Both the position numbers and the translations under genes were made by a program. From the NCBI GenBank assembly GCA_963804165.1, contig CAWDPO010000041.1, forward strand, positions 32,001-96,000: a stretch of 64,000 bases of DNA. The letters run 5' to 3'. Below are positions 28,854 through 38,499 of the stretch, piece after piece (positions within the stretch are counted from its first letter, which is position 1; each line of letters begins with the position of its first letter). Below the pieces are notes generated by a model. It was given only the letters and a program-made list of their open reading frames with translations. It did no database searches and was not told the DNA's origin. This stretch comes from an uncultured delta proteobacterium (lineage in GTDB: Bacteria > Desulfobacterota > Binatia > UBA9968).

Positions 28854-29323
28854 AAAAAACCCTCCTTGGATTTAAATTTGGGAGCGACGCTATCACGCGA
28901 ACTGAGAAAACCGGGAGTGGAATTGAACTGTGAAACCTAACGCAGATTTCGAAAGCAGTCTAAAGCAGAAAACTCCGCACGGCATCCCCACCCGCGCAGC
29001 GGTTTAGTTCAACTATTAAGTGAGCTGCCGTAGGCCGCGACAATTACTGGTCGGCTTATCCTCGGCGACGGCTTCGACAACAAAAGTCCAAATTGCCTAC
29101 AATATCCATCAGCTACCGAGTCATGTCAACTCAGCGTTTCCGACAAAAGCCGACCGACGCGGCGGGTTATCTCCCTCTCGATCGGCGGCTTATGCCAGCT
29201 AAAGTTCAGGTGCATCCGTCGGTCCCGCTTGCATGTGCCATTGCGCCTGGATCTCGCCTGCACGGTTTCTCTTGCTCCGCGTCCCGTTTCCGCAGTAGAG
29301 ATTAAAGGAGAAGGGGCCGGACT

Positions 29324-30493
29324 ATGAAATTCTCAATCTTCATGATGCCGCTGCATTATCCGACGGAAAATCCGTCGCTGGCGTTCGATCGTGACATCGC
29401 GCTGATCCGCTATGCAGATGAGCTCGGTTTCGATGAGTTCTTTATCGGCGAGCATCACTCCGGCGGGTGGGAAACCATGCCCGTGCCGGAAATGGCGCTA
29501 GCCAAAGCATCCGCGCACGCCCACCGCATTCGTCTCGGCACGTCGGTTATCAGCGTGCCGTTTCATCATCCCTTCCACGTCGCGGAGCGCATGGCTTTTC
29601 TCGATCACCTTACGCGCGGTCGCGCGATCCTGGGCGTGGGGCCTTGTGCGCTGGTGACCGACAAGAATTTGTTCGCTCTTGCCACTGAAAAGCTTTACCC
29701 GATGATGGCTGAGTCGGTGGAGATCATCGTGCGTTTGCTGGAATCACCCGAGCCGATCGATTACGACGGCAAGTTCTGGAAATTTAAACAAATGCGGCTG
29801 CAACTTCGCTCTTATCAGCAGCCGCGCATGCCGCTCGCGATCGCCTCGTCAGGAAATCCGATCAGTCTCGAGCTGGCCGGCAAGCACGGCATGATGTTTC
29901 TGTCGCCGGCAGGGAAAAACAAGCGCAACAATCAAACCAAGGCGGAACAGTGGAATGCCGTCGAAGCGATCGCTGCCAAGCACGGCACACAAACTTCACG
30001 CGATAACTGGCGTATCGCCACCTGCGTTTATCTCGCCGAGAGCCGGGAAGAGGCGTGGCGCGACGTCGAAGCGAGCATCGACCGCGATAAGCACTACTTC
30101 TTTTCAATCGGATTGAAAGCACCCTACGAAGCCTATCCCGGGCAACCTGCGCATGAAATCACGGCCCGCTCAGGCGCCGACCGGCGCGACTGGATCATTG
30201 GCACCCCGGACGATGCGATCGCGCAAATCGAACGCATGCAGGCCGAAACCGGCGGCTTCGGCGGACTCATGGTCACCACGCACGAGTGGGCGAGCACGGA
30301 AAAGCTGCGTCGTTCCTACGAGCTTTTCGCGCGCTACGTCATGCCGCATTTTCGCGGTCACACTCAAGGTTACAGAGACGAATGGCGGCGGATTCAGCAG
30401 GCCGCGGCCAACGGCGGATTCCAATCCGACGCCCCGGCCAACCGAGTAATCTCGTATTGCACGATGCGGCAAAGGCGGAAAGATAACGGATGA
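29324..30493 (+). CDS. LLM-class (luciferase-like) flavin-dependent monooxygenase
   Basis: ADELGFDEFFIGEHH, IRLGTSV..VPFHHP..VAER, LD.LTRGR, IGTPDD, ELFARYVMPHF; extreme C-terminus may be frameshifted. Confidence 0.9.
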   Translation: MKFSIFMMPLHYPTENPSLAFDRDIALIRYADELGFDEFFIGEHHSGGWETMPVPEMALAKASAHAHRIRLGTSVISVPFHHPFHVAERMAFLDHLTRGRAILGVGPCALVTDKNLFALATEKLYPMMAESVEIIVRLLESPEPIDYDGKFWKFKQMRLQLRSYQQPRMPLAIASSGNPISLELAGKHGMMFLSPAGKNKRNNQTKAEQWNAVEAIAAKHGTQTSRDNWRIATCVYLAESREEAWRDVEASIDRDKHYFFSIGLKAPYEAYPGQPAHEITARSGADRRDWIIGTPDDAIAQIERMQAETGGFGGLMVTTHEWASTEKLRRSYELFARYVMPHFRGHTQGYRDEWRRIQQAAANGGFQSDAPANRVISYCTMRQRRKDNG

Positions 30494-30570
30494 AGGATGA
30501 AGTTGCCGGAGAATACTCCTTGGCCAAGCCCCCCAATGGTTTATCCTTTATCCTTTCACCTTTATCCTTT
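30471..30570. repeat. Inverted array of 7-mer repeats (AGGATGA / TTATCCT-like)
   Basis: aaaggcggaaagataacggatgaaggatgaa ... ttatcct ttatcct ttcacct ttatcct. Confidence 0.6.
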
Positions 30571-31777
30571 CCTCGTGTGCCGCTCGCAGTTCCATTCTGG
30601 ACACAGGCGACGCATCAAGAAATTTTTCGCGCCATTCGCTCAGGAAACGTCATCGACGGCGCGGCGCTCGGCAAGCTCCGGACGTTGATCGGTAAAACAC
30701 TCAAGGTTGAGAACACCCTGCTTTGTGGCTCCGGCAGCCTGGCTTTGGAACTCGCGTTGCGCGCCTGCGGCGTGCAGCACGGCGACGAAGTCGTGCATGC
30801 CGGATTTTTGTTGCAGCGCGGTTGTGCCGCCGATCCTTGCGGTAGGAGCGACTCCGGTGCTCACCGACGTTGGCGATGAACTCAATCTCACCGTCGAAAC
30901 CATCGAAACCGTGCTCACGAGTAAAACCACCGCGATCATCATGCCGCATCTATTCGGCAATCCCGCGGACATGGGAGAGATCGTCGAATTGGCACAGAGC
31001 AGGAATATTCGCGTCATCGACGACGCAGCGCAAGCGCTCGGCGCGACGATTGACGGCCGACCGGCGGGCAGCTTCGGCGATGCAGGAATTGTGAGTTTTG
31101 GTAATGAAAAGATTTGCTCCGGCATTGGCGGTGGCGCAGTTGTTTCTCGTGACAAAAGAGTTTTGGCGGGAGGGCTGCACTTAAAATTGGCGCCTCCTTC
31201 TTGTTTGCTCCCGCTTCGACGATTGTTATCGACTTTGCTCTGGCATCGCTGGCGGCGTTGGACGGCGCCGCTGCGACAAATTGGCTCGCGCTGGCGCGGC
31301 ACAGATCCCGGAACGGTGCTTGAGCCGTACCGAAGGGAGTCGATGGCGAACCTCAGCGCGGCGGTTGCCGCGACTTTGATGGAGACACTGGGTGAAAACA
31401 TCGCGGCGCGCCGCGCTCGCGTTCAGCGCCTATCAAAGACTGCTCGGCGGCGAGGAGCGGTTAGCAGTCATCGCGCACCGGACCGGCTCGGCGTGTCTGG
31501 CGCAAGTGGTTCGGGTGTCTGCGGAGAAGACGTGGTCGAGGATTTCGCTTCGAGGCGGTCAAATCGCTTGCGCTCGGCGACGCCGGATATGAAGTGCAAG
31601 GCAGCTACGTGCCGATCCATTTACTCGGCAATTTCCGCGGATGTGTCTGGGATCAACTTCCGTATTCGGAGCGAGTTTGGTCGGATTTGGTCGAGCTGCC
31701 TTGCGAGCCTGGCGTGAGTCTCGATGACGTCGAGCAGGATCGCCGCCATCGTCAAAAAGGTTGCCCGTGGATGGTAG
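30490..31777 (+). pseudogene. DegT/DnrJ/EryC1/StrS PLP aminotransferase with several frameshifts
   Basis: GSGSLALELAL...GDEV, HLFGNPA, IDDAAQALGA, SFG.EK....GGG spread over ORFs 30490-30879, 30707-31717, 31594-31950. Confidence 0.75.
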
Positions 31778-31815
31778 AGCTATCGGCAATTTTTGAAGAA
31801 ACACGATGCTGGTCT

Positions 31816-31908
31816 AAATCTCCCCTGGCCCCTCTTTTTTCAAAGAGGGGAAATGCTCCTCGCTGGGCAGATTCCCCCTTTGACAAAAGGGGGATCAAGG
31901 GGGATTTT
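31816..31908. repeat. REP-like composite palindrome (CCCCTCTTT..AAAGAGGGG / CCCCCTTT..AAAGGGGG)
   Basis: Two internal hairpins flanked by aaatctcccct ... agggggatttt. Confidence 0.7.
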
Positions 31909-31960
31909 CTTAGCCACACGAAAATACAACTTCACGTAGACCGCGATTGAAAAATTCCAA

Positions 31961-33427
31961 ATGAACGAAATTCATTTTATCGATACGACACTGCGCGACG
32001 GCCAGTTGAGTCTGTGGGCGTTGGGAATGAAAACCGGCGCTATGCTCGCCATCGCGGAGCAGATGGATCAGTGCGGTTTTGAGTCCATGGAGTTTTTCGG
32101 CTTTGCCGGCTACATCAAGATGGTACACGAGCACAAAGAGAATCCTTGGGACTGGATGGGGCTCGGCGCGAAGAAATTTCGCCGTACGCGCCTGCGCTAT
32201 CACGGCGGGTTGGCCACCGGCTTCGAAAAAATACCGCGCTCCGTGCGGCTGCTGATGATCGAGCGGGTGGTGGCACACGGCATCACGCTGACCCGCTCTT
32301 CCGATCCGTGGAACGACTACGATGCCGCTGCGGTCGAGATCGACGCGCTAAAAAAGCTCGGCATGGATGTTATCATCAATGTCATTTATTCTGTATCGCC
32401 GCGCCATACCGATGAATACTACGCCGAGCGAGCGCGCCAAGCGGCGGGGATCAAGCCCTATCGTATCTGCTTCAAGGACGTCGGCGGTCTACTCACTCCC
32501 GACCGGGCGCGCGTATTGATTCCGCTGATTCAAAAAAACATCGGTGATATTCCACTCGAGTTTCACGGCCACTGCAACAATGGCCTGGGTCCGTTCAATT
32601 ATCTGGAGGCGATCAAGCTCGGCGTCGACACGTTGCACACGGCGATACCGCCTCTCGCCAACGGATCGGCACAACCGTCGATATTCAATATCGCGTCCAA
32701 CGCGCGCGCGCTCGGTTTCAAACCGCTCGTCGATCTCGAAGCGGTCAAACCAGTTGAAAAGCATTTTACGTATATCGCTAAGCACGAAGGGTATCCGATC
32801 GGCGCGCAACGCGAATACGATCACGCGCAATATCTGCATCAAGTCCCCGGCGGTATGATCTCCAACTTGCGTCATCAACTGCGAACCATGGGCATGGAAA
32901 ATCGTTTGCAGGAAACATTGGAGGAAGTGGGTCGGGTGCGCGCCGAGTTCGGTTACCCGATCATGGTGACGCCGCTGGCGCAGTTCGTCGGCAGCCAGGC
33001 GGCGATCAACATCATTACCGGCGAGCGTTACAAAGAAGTGACCGACCAATCGATTCAGTACGCCCTCGGCCATTGGGGCAAGGAAGCGCCGCTGGTGATG
33101 GATGCGAATGTCAAAGACACGATTCTCAATCGGTCGCGCGCCGACGATTGGCGCAACTGGTCGCCGTCCGATCTCTCGCTTCGCGAAGTGCGGGAAAAAT
33201 TTGGCGGCCCCGGAGTTTCCGACGAAGAATTAATCCTGCGGGTCATCGCCGGTGAGGCCGCGGTCAAAGCTATGCTCGCCGCAGGCGCGCCAAAGGAATA
33301 TGTCGGCACAACGGAGCCGTTGATCAGATTGATCGGCGAACTGGCCAAGCGCAAGGATTGCAATCGAGTTTACGTTCAAAAAGGCGAGTTGGTGCTTCGC
33401 TTGGAGAAAAGGCAACTGCCAGTTTAA
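31961..33427 (+). CDS. Pyruvate/oxaloacetate carboxyltransferase domain protein (PycB/OadA-like, no biotinyl domain)
   Basis: DTTLRDGQ.SL, E.PW, CFKDVGGLLTP, H.H..NG, HQVPGGMISN, GYPIMVTP..Q.VG.QA. Confidence 0.88.
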   Translation: MNEIHFIDTTLRDGQLSLWALGMKTGAMLAIAEQMDQCGFESMEFFGFAGYIKMVHEHKENPWDWMGLGAKKFRRTRLRYHGGLATGFEKIPRSVRLLMIERVVAHGITLTRSSDPWNDYDAAAVEIDALKKLGMDVIINVIYSVSPRHTDEYYAERARQAAGIKPYRICFKDVGGLLTPDRARVLIPLIQKNIGDIPLEFHGHCNNGLGPFNYLEAIKLGVDTLHTAIPPLANGSAQPSIFNIASNARALGFKPLVDLEAVKPVEKHFTYIAKHEGYPIGAQREYDHAQYLHQVPGGMISNLRHQLRTMGMENRLQETLEEVGRVRAEFGYPIMVTPLAQFVGSQAAINIITGERYKEVTDQSIQYALGHWGKEAPLVMDANVKDTILNRSRADDWRNWSPSDLSLREVREKFGGPGVSDEELILRVIAGEAAVKAMLAAGAPKEYVGTTEPLIRLIGELAKRKDCNRVYVQKGELVLRLEKRQLPV

Positions 33428-33805
33428 CTGTGGCCAGTCGCAACCAATAAGAGGCCCGACTTGGAAACATCTCGGACCGGTCTCTGCGCATAAAATGAAT
33501 TGTGTGCCGCAGGCAACACGAATCGAGGGCATGTGGGAACGACGGACATCGGTGCAATTGCTTGACGACGCCGGAGTAGGTCACGGGTGAACGCCCGGTT
33601 TTTGAATCGAAGCGCTCGATACGAATCGAGCCACTAGAAGACGATCGTCTCTGGAGTTGATCTTGGCACTGCCGGCGCGGCGCAGTTGGGGTACTGCTGA
33701 CCTTTGCCCTGGCAACTGGGATTGGTGTATATATCCGCTGACTCGACGCGGCGTGATCGATGCGGTGTGTGATGCGCCGGCGATTGTTTGCGAAAGGAGG
33801 CTCAA

Positions 33806-36004
33806 ATGAAAAACACACGAACGTTTTTCATGGTTGCGGTGCTGTTTTCGGCGATCGCGTTTCTGGCCGCCTTACCGGGCCGATTGAGCAGCCAACAGGG
33901 CACACCAGTGCGCGTCGACGCTGACGATGTAGGCGGCATGGTCACCAGCGCAAAAGGTCCGGAGGCGGGTGTCTGGGTAATCGCGGAGACCACCGATCTT
34001 CCCACCAAGCTTGCCAAGATCGTCGTCACCGATGATCAAGGTCGCTATCTGATTCCCGATCTGCCGAAAGCAAACTACAACATCTGGGTTCGTGGCTACG
34101 GACTCGTCGATTCGCCGAAAGTTCGGGCGACGCCCGGTAAGATATTGAACCTAAAAGCAATGGTAGCGCCGGCGCCGGCGGCAGCAGCGGAATACTATCC
34201 CGCCATCTATTGGTACTCTATGCTCAAGATTCCGGACAAAAGCGAGTTTCCTGGCACGGGACCCAAGGGCAACGGCATGCCGGAGAAGCTGAAAAGCCAG
34301 GGGCAGTGGTTAGCCAACGTCAAGACCCACGGCTGCATATCCTGTCATCAACTGGGCAACAAGCCGACGCGTACGATGCACAAGGAGTTTAGCGAGTTCA
34401 AATCTTCACTGGAGGCATGGCAGCGGCGTGTCCTCTCCGGACAAGCGAGCGAAGTCATGATCCGCAACTTGGACGACGTCGACCCAAAGCGAGCCTTGGA
34501 GTTGTTTGCCGATTGGACGGACCGAATCGCTGCCGGAGAATTGCCCAAGTCGAAGCCTTCGCGGCCGCAAGGAATCGAGCGTAATGTCGTCATTACGTTG
34601 TGGGACTGGGCCACACCCAAGGCCTACCTGCATGACGAGATCGCCAGCGACAAGCGCAATCCAACGATCAACGCCAATGGCTTGATCTATGGTTCTCCCG
34701 AAGACAGCACGGATTTCATGCCGATCCTCGATCCGGTGCGCAACAAAACGACGGAAGTCAAAGTGCCGGTGCGCGATCCAAACACCCCTGACACCATGGC
34801 CATCGCTCGCTCGGAGGCGCTGATGCTTGCGCCTTCGCCGGACTGGGGTACAGACCGGATTTGGAAAAGTCAGACCACCAATCATAACCCGATGTTCGAT
34901 GAAAAAGGGCGGGTCTGGCTCACGGTTAGAATTCGTCCTGCGGTCAATCCCACTTTCTGCAGGAAAGGCTCCGACCATCCATCGGCGAAGTTGTTTCCGG
35001 TCGAAAGAGCCGGTCGCCACGTGGGCGTGTTCGATCCGAAAATCCAGAAATTCACGCTCATCGATACCTGCTTTAGCACCCACCACTTGACTTTTGCCGA
35101 GGATACGAACAACACGCTGTGGCTCTCCAGCGGCGGTTCCGCCGGCGGTGTCCTTGGTTGGATCAACACCAAAATATTCGACGCAACCGGCGACGAACAG
35201 AAATCCCAGGGTTGGACTGCATTCATCCTCGACACCAACGGCAATGGCAAGCGCGACGAATACGTCGAGCCCGATCAACCGGTCGATCCGACGAAAGATA
35301 AACGGATCGTGACCGGCTATTACGGCATCGGCTTTAACCCGATGGATGGTTCCATCTGGGGTTCGGTGCTGAACTTTCCCGGAGCGGTTGTGCGCGTGAG
35401 TCCCGGCGACAATCCGCCGGCGACCGCATTAACGGAAATTTTCGAGGTGCCGTGGAATGAGCCCAAGGCGGCGGTGAACGGCTACGGCCCGCGCGGCATG
35501 GACATCGATCGCAACGGCGTCGTTTGGGTGCCGCTGGCGAGCGGGCATCTCGGCAGCTTTGACCGGCGCAAGTGCAAGGGCCCGCTCAACGGACCGAACG
35601 CGACCGGCAAACATTGTCCCGAAGGCTGGACGCTTTACCCATTTCCTGGACCGCAATTTGAAACCGTTAGCGACCCGGGCAGCGCTCAGGCGAGCTACTA
35701 CACCTGGGTCGATCAACACGATACCTTCGGCTTGGGTCGCAATGTGCCGTTTGCCACCGGCAATCTTTCCGATTCGCTGGAGGCCTTTGTCGACGGGAAG
35801 TTCATCACTCTGCGCATCCCGTATCCAATGGGTTTTCACGCCAAGGGCATGGATGGACGCATCGATAACCCAAAAACCGGCTGGAAGGGAAAAGGGGTGT
35901 GGTCCGCCTATGCCGGCAGAGCGACCAACCATATCGAAGGCGGTAAGGGCACGAAGCCCAAGGTAGTGAAGTTCCAGTTGAGACCCGATCCGCTGGCCAA
36001 ATGA
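33806..36004 (+). CDS. Secreted protein: carboxypeptidase-regulatory-like domain + CxxCH + beta-propeller, paralog 1
   Basis: Signal peptide; GVWVIAETT...VTDDQGRY..PDLP..NY..WVRGYGL; CISCH; repeated D..G.VW blades; AAGGAGG RBS. Confidence 0.85.
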   Translation: MKNTRTFFMVAVLFSAIAFLAALPGRLSSQQGTPVRVDADDVGGMVTSAKGPEAGVWVIAETTDLPTKLAKIVVTDDQGRYLIPDLPKANYNIWVRGYGLVDSPKVRATPGKILNLKAMVAPAPAAAAEYYPAIYWYSMLKIPDKSEFPGTGPKGNGMPEKLKSQGQWLANVKTHGCISCHQLGNKPTRTMHKEFSEFKSSLEAWQRRVLSGQASEVMIRNLDDVDPKRALELFADWTDRIAAGELPKSKPSRPQGIERNVVITLWDWATPKAYLHDEIASDKRNPTINANGLIYGSPEDSTDFMPILDPVRNKTTEVKVPVRDPNTPDTMAIARSEALMLAPSPDWGTDRIWKSQTTNHNPMFDEKGRVWLTVRIRPAVNPTFCRKGSDHPSAKLFPVERAGRHVGVFDPKIQKFTLIDTCFSTHHLTFAEDTNNTLWLSSGGSAGGVLGWINTKIFDATGDEQKSQGWTAFILDTNGNGKRDEYVEPDQPVDPTKDKRIVTGYYGIGFNPMDGSIWGSVLNFPGAVVRVSPGDNPPATALTEIFEVPWNEPKAAVNGYGPRGMDIDRNGVVWVPLASGHLGSFDRRKCKGPLNGPNATGKHCPEGWTLYPFPGPQFETVSDPGSAQASYYTWVDQHDTFGLGRNVPFATGNLSDSLEAFVDGKFITLRIPYPMGFHAKGMDGRIDNPKTGWKGKGVWSAYAGRATNHIEGGKGTKPKVVKFQLRPDPLAK

Positions 36005-36094
36005 TGTGAATGAACCTTGCGGCAACGGATTTTATTTTAGATAGTCTGACACAGGCAAAGAAAATTTAGGGATTAAATTAACAGGGAGATCGCC

Positions 36095-38257
36095 ATGAAA
36101 AGCATGAAAATATTGGCATTGATATCGATTTTTTTCGGCATCGCGGCATGGCTAACGGTGTTCCCCGTAGATCTTGCCAGCCAACAAGACGCGGCTGTGC
36201 CCATCGACAGCGACGACATTGCCGGCGTCGTCACCAGTACGAAGGGGGCTGAAGCCGGCGTCTGGGTGATCGCGGAAACCACCGACCTTCCCACCAGGTT
36301 CGCCAGGATGGTGGTCACTGACGATAAGGGGCGCTATGTGCTGCCGGACCTGCCGAAGGCCAATTACAACATTTGGGTTCGGGGTTATGGGCTGGTTGAT
36401 TCGCCGAAAGTCAAGAGCGTTCCCGGCAAGTCGCTTAACCTCAAGGCGGTCGTCGCGCCGAACGACGCGGCCGCGGCGCAATACTACCCAGCGATTTATT
36501 GGTATTCGATGCTGAAGATTCCGGACAAGAGCGAATTCGGCGGCAAGGGAAAAATTCCCGAGAAAATAACGCAGACTGCATGGCTCAACACGATGAAGAA
36601 CAACGGATGCATCGGCTGCCATCAGCTGGGGCAGCTGTCGACGCGCACGTTCCCAAAGAACGTCCCGCATCCGATTAATTCGGCCAACTCGGAAGAGGCG
36701 TGGTTCCGCCGCATTCAGTCAGGTCAATCCGGTGAACAGATGTTCAGCCAGCTGGTCAAAGAACTCGGCGGGGCTCCCATCAAATACTATGCGGACTGGA
36801 CGGACCGCATCGCCAAGGGTGAGCTGCCCCATGAGAAGCCCGCGCGGCCCCAAGGAGCTGAGCGTAACATCGTCGTCACCACCTGGGATTGGCTTGACGA
36901 CAAGAAGTATCTGCACGATCTGATCGCGTCGGATCGGCGCTACCCGACGGTCAATGCCTATGGTCCCCTGTACGGGTCACCGGAGTACAGCACCGACCTC
37001 ATACCGGTTCTCGATCCGAAAAAGCACACCACCTGGAACTTAACTGCGCCAATCCGAGATCCAAACACGCCGGAGGCGCTCGGGCCGGGCCATGCCGCGA
37101 GTGACAAGCTTATGCAACCGTCACCTTACTGGGGCACGGAGAAGATCTGGGATACCAAGGCCAACAACCATAATGCCATGATCGACCGAAAGGGGCGCGT
37201 GTGGTTTGCGGCGAGGTTTCGCGACGCCAATACTCCGGACTTTTGCAAAAAAGGCTCCGCTCATCCGTCGGCTAAGGTGGTCCCGATGGATCGGACCAAC
37301 CGCCAGCTGACGATGCTCGATCCCAAGACCGGGCAGTACACGTACGTCGATACCTGTTTTGGGTCGCATCATCTGCAGTTTGGTCACGACGCGAACGAAA
37401 CGCTCTGGACCAGCGGCGGCGGGCCGGTGGTGGGCTGGGTCAACACCAAGATGCTCGATGAAACCGGCGACATCGCGAAATCCCAGGGATGGACGCCGAT
37501 GATTCTTGACACCAACGGCAACGGCAAGCGCGACGAGTACGTCGAGGCAAACCAGCCGGTCGATCCGAACAAGGACAAGCGTATTATCGCCGGCTTCTAC
37601 GCGGTCATGCCGAGTCCAGTGGATGGTTCGATTTGGGGCTCCTACCGAACGAATCCGGGTGCTGTCGTTCGAGTGGTTCCAGGAGCCAATCCAACCGAGA
37701 CCGCGCTCACCGAGATCTACAATGTGCCAATGCCGGGCTTTGGCATTCGTGGCGCTGACATCGACCGGCAAGGGGTAGTGTGGGTTTCGCTTGCGAGCGG
37801 GCACCTTGGAAGCTTCGATCGGCGCAAGTGCAAAGGACCGCTCAACGGGCCGAAAGCAACCGGCGATCACTGTCCCGAGGGCTGGGCGTTCCACAAATAT
37901 CCGGGTCCAGGGTTCAAGGGCCTCGGAGATAATAGCGCTGAGTCGAGCTACTACACCTGGGTCGATCAACATAACACGTTCGGCCTGGGCGAGGACGTGC
38001 CGATGTCCACCGGCAATTTGAACGACGGACTGATCGCCATGAAAGACGGCAAGATGATCGTTTTGCGCGTGCCTTATCCTATGGGTTTTTACGCCAAAGG
38101 TTTCGACGGGCGTATCGATGATCCGAAGGCGGGCTGGAAGGGTCGTGGACTGTGGACCACGAGCGGCGACCGCGCGCCATGGCTAAAAGAGGGAGGCAAG
38201 GGCGCCAAGCCGATCGCCGTGCAATTCCAGTTGCGACCGGATCCATTGGCGAAGTAA
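36095..38257 (+). CDS. Secreted CxxCH beta-propeller protein, paralog 2
   Basis: Colinear with paralog 1; CIGCH; ends QLRPDPLAK. Confidence 0.85.
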   Translation: MKSMKILALISIFFGIAAWLTVFPVDLASQQDAAVPIDSDDIAGVVTSTKGAEAGVWVIAETTDLPTRFARMVVTDDKGRYVLPDLPKANYNIWVRGYGLVDSPKVKSVPGKSLNLKAVVAPNDAAAAQYYPAIYWYSMLKIPDKSEFGGKGKIPEKITQTAWLNTMKNNGCIGCHQLGQLSTRTFPKNVPHPINSANSEEAWFRRIQSGQSGEQMFSQLVKELGGAPIKYYADWTDRIAKGELPHEKPARPQGAERNIVVTTWDWLDDKKYLHDLIASDRRYPTVNAYGPLYGSPEYSTDLIPVLDPKKHTTWNLTAPIRDPNTPEALGPGHAASDKLMQPSPYWGTEKIWDTKANNHNAMIDRKGRVWFAARFRDANTPDFCKKGSAHPSAKVVPMDRTNRQLTMLDPKTGQYTYVDTCFGSHHLQFGHDANETLWTSGGGPVVGWVNTKMLDETGDIAKSQGWTPMILDTNGNGKRDEYVEANQPVDPNKDKRIIAGFYAVMPSPVDGSIWGSYRTNPGAVVRVVPGANPTETALTEIYNVPMPGFGIRGADIDRQGVVWVSLASGHLGSFDRRKCKGPLNGPKATGDHCPEGWAFHKYPGPGFKGLGDNSAESSYYTWVDQHNTFGLGEDVPMSTGNLNDGLIAMKDGKMIVLRVPYPMGFYAKGFDGRIDDPKAGWKGRGLWTTSGDRAPWLKEGGKGAKPIAVQFQLRPDPLAK

Positions 38258-38299
38258 CGATCGTCACAAAACGCAGAAGCTATAGGCAGACACGTAAAG

Positions 38300-38340
38300 A
38301 CAGGTCTTGGTATTACAAATCGTTGTAATCCAAGACCTGT
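38300..38340. terminator. Long intergenic hairpin
   Basis: ACAGGTCTTGG-T-ATTACAA-ATCG-TTGTAAT-CCAAGACCTGT. Confidence 0.6.
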
Positions 38341-38499
38341 TCCCATTTTTATCCCCATTTTCGCGCTCCGATCGGCGAAGATATATCGCTCAATGACTTA
38401 TTTGATTTGACAGCGATAACTCAGTTGGTCCCATACTGAGCCATTAGTTAAGCTGCGGTGGCTCGCGTTTGAAGCCGGGGCAGTCAAAAGGAGCAAGTC

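Larger units (their letters stand above)
26566..29013 (-). mobile_element. IS91-family element with accessory tyrosine recombinase
   Basis: Recombinase + Y2 transposase pair bounded by 15-bp imperfect inverted repeats GTTGGACTAAACCGC (26566-26580) and GCGGTTTAGTTCAAC (28999-29013). Confidence 0.8.
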
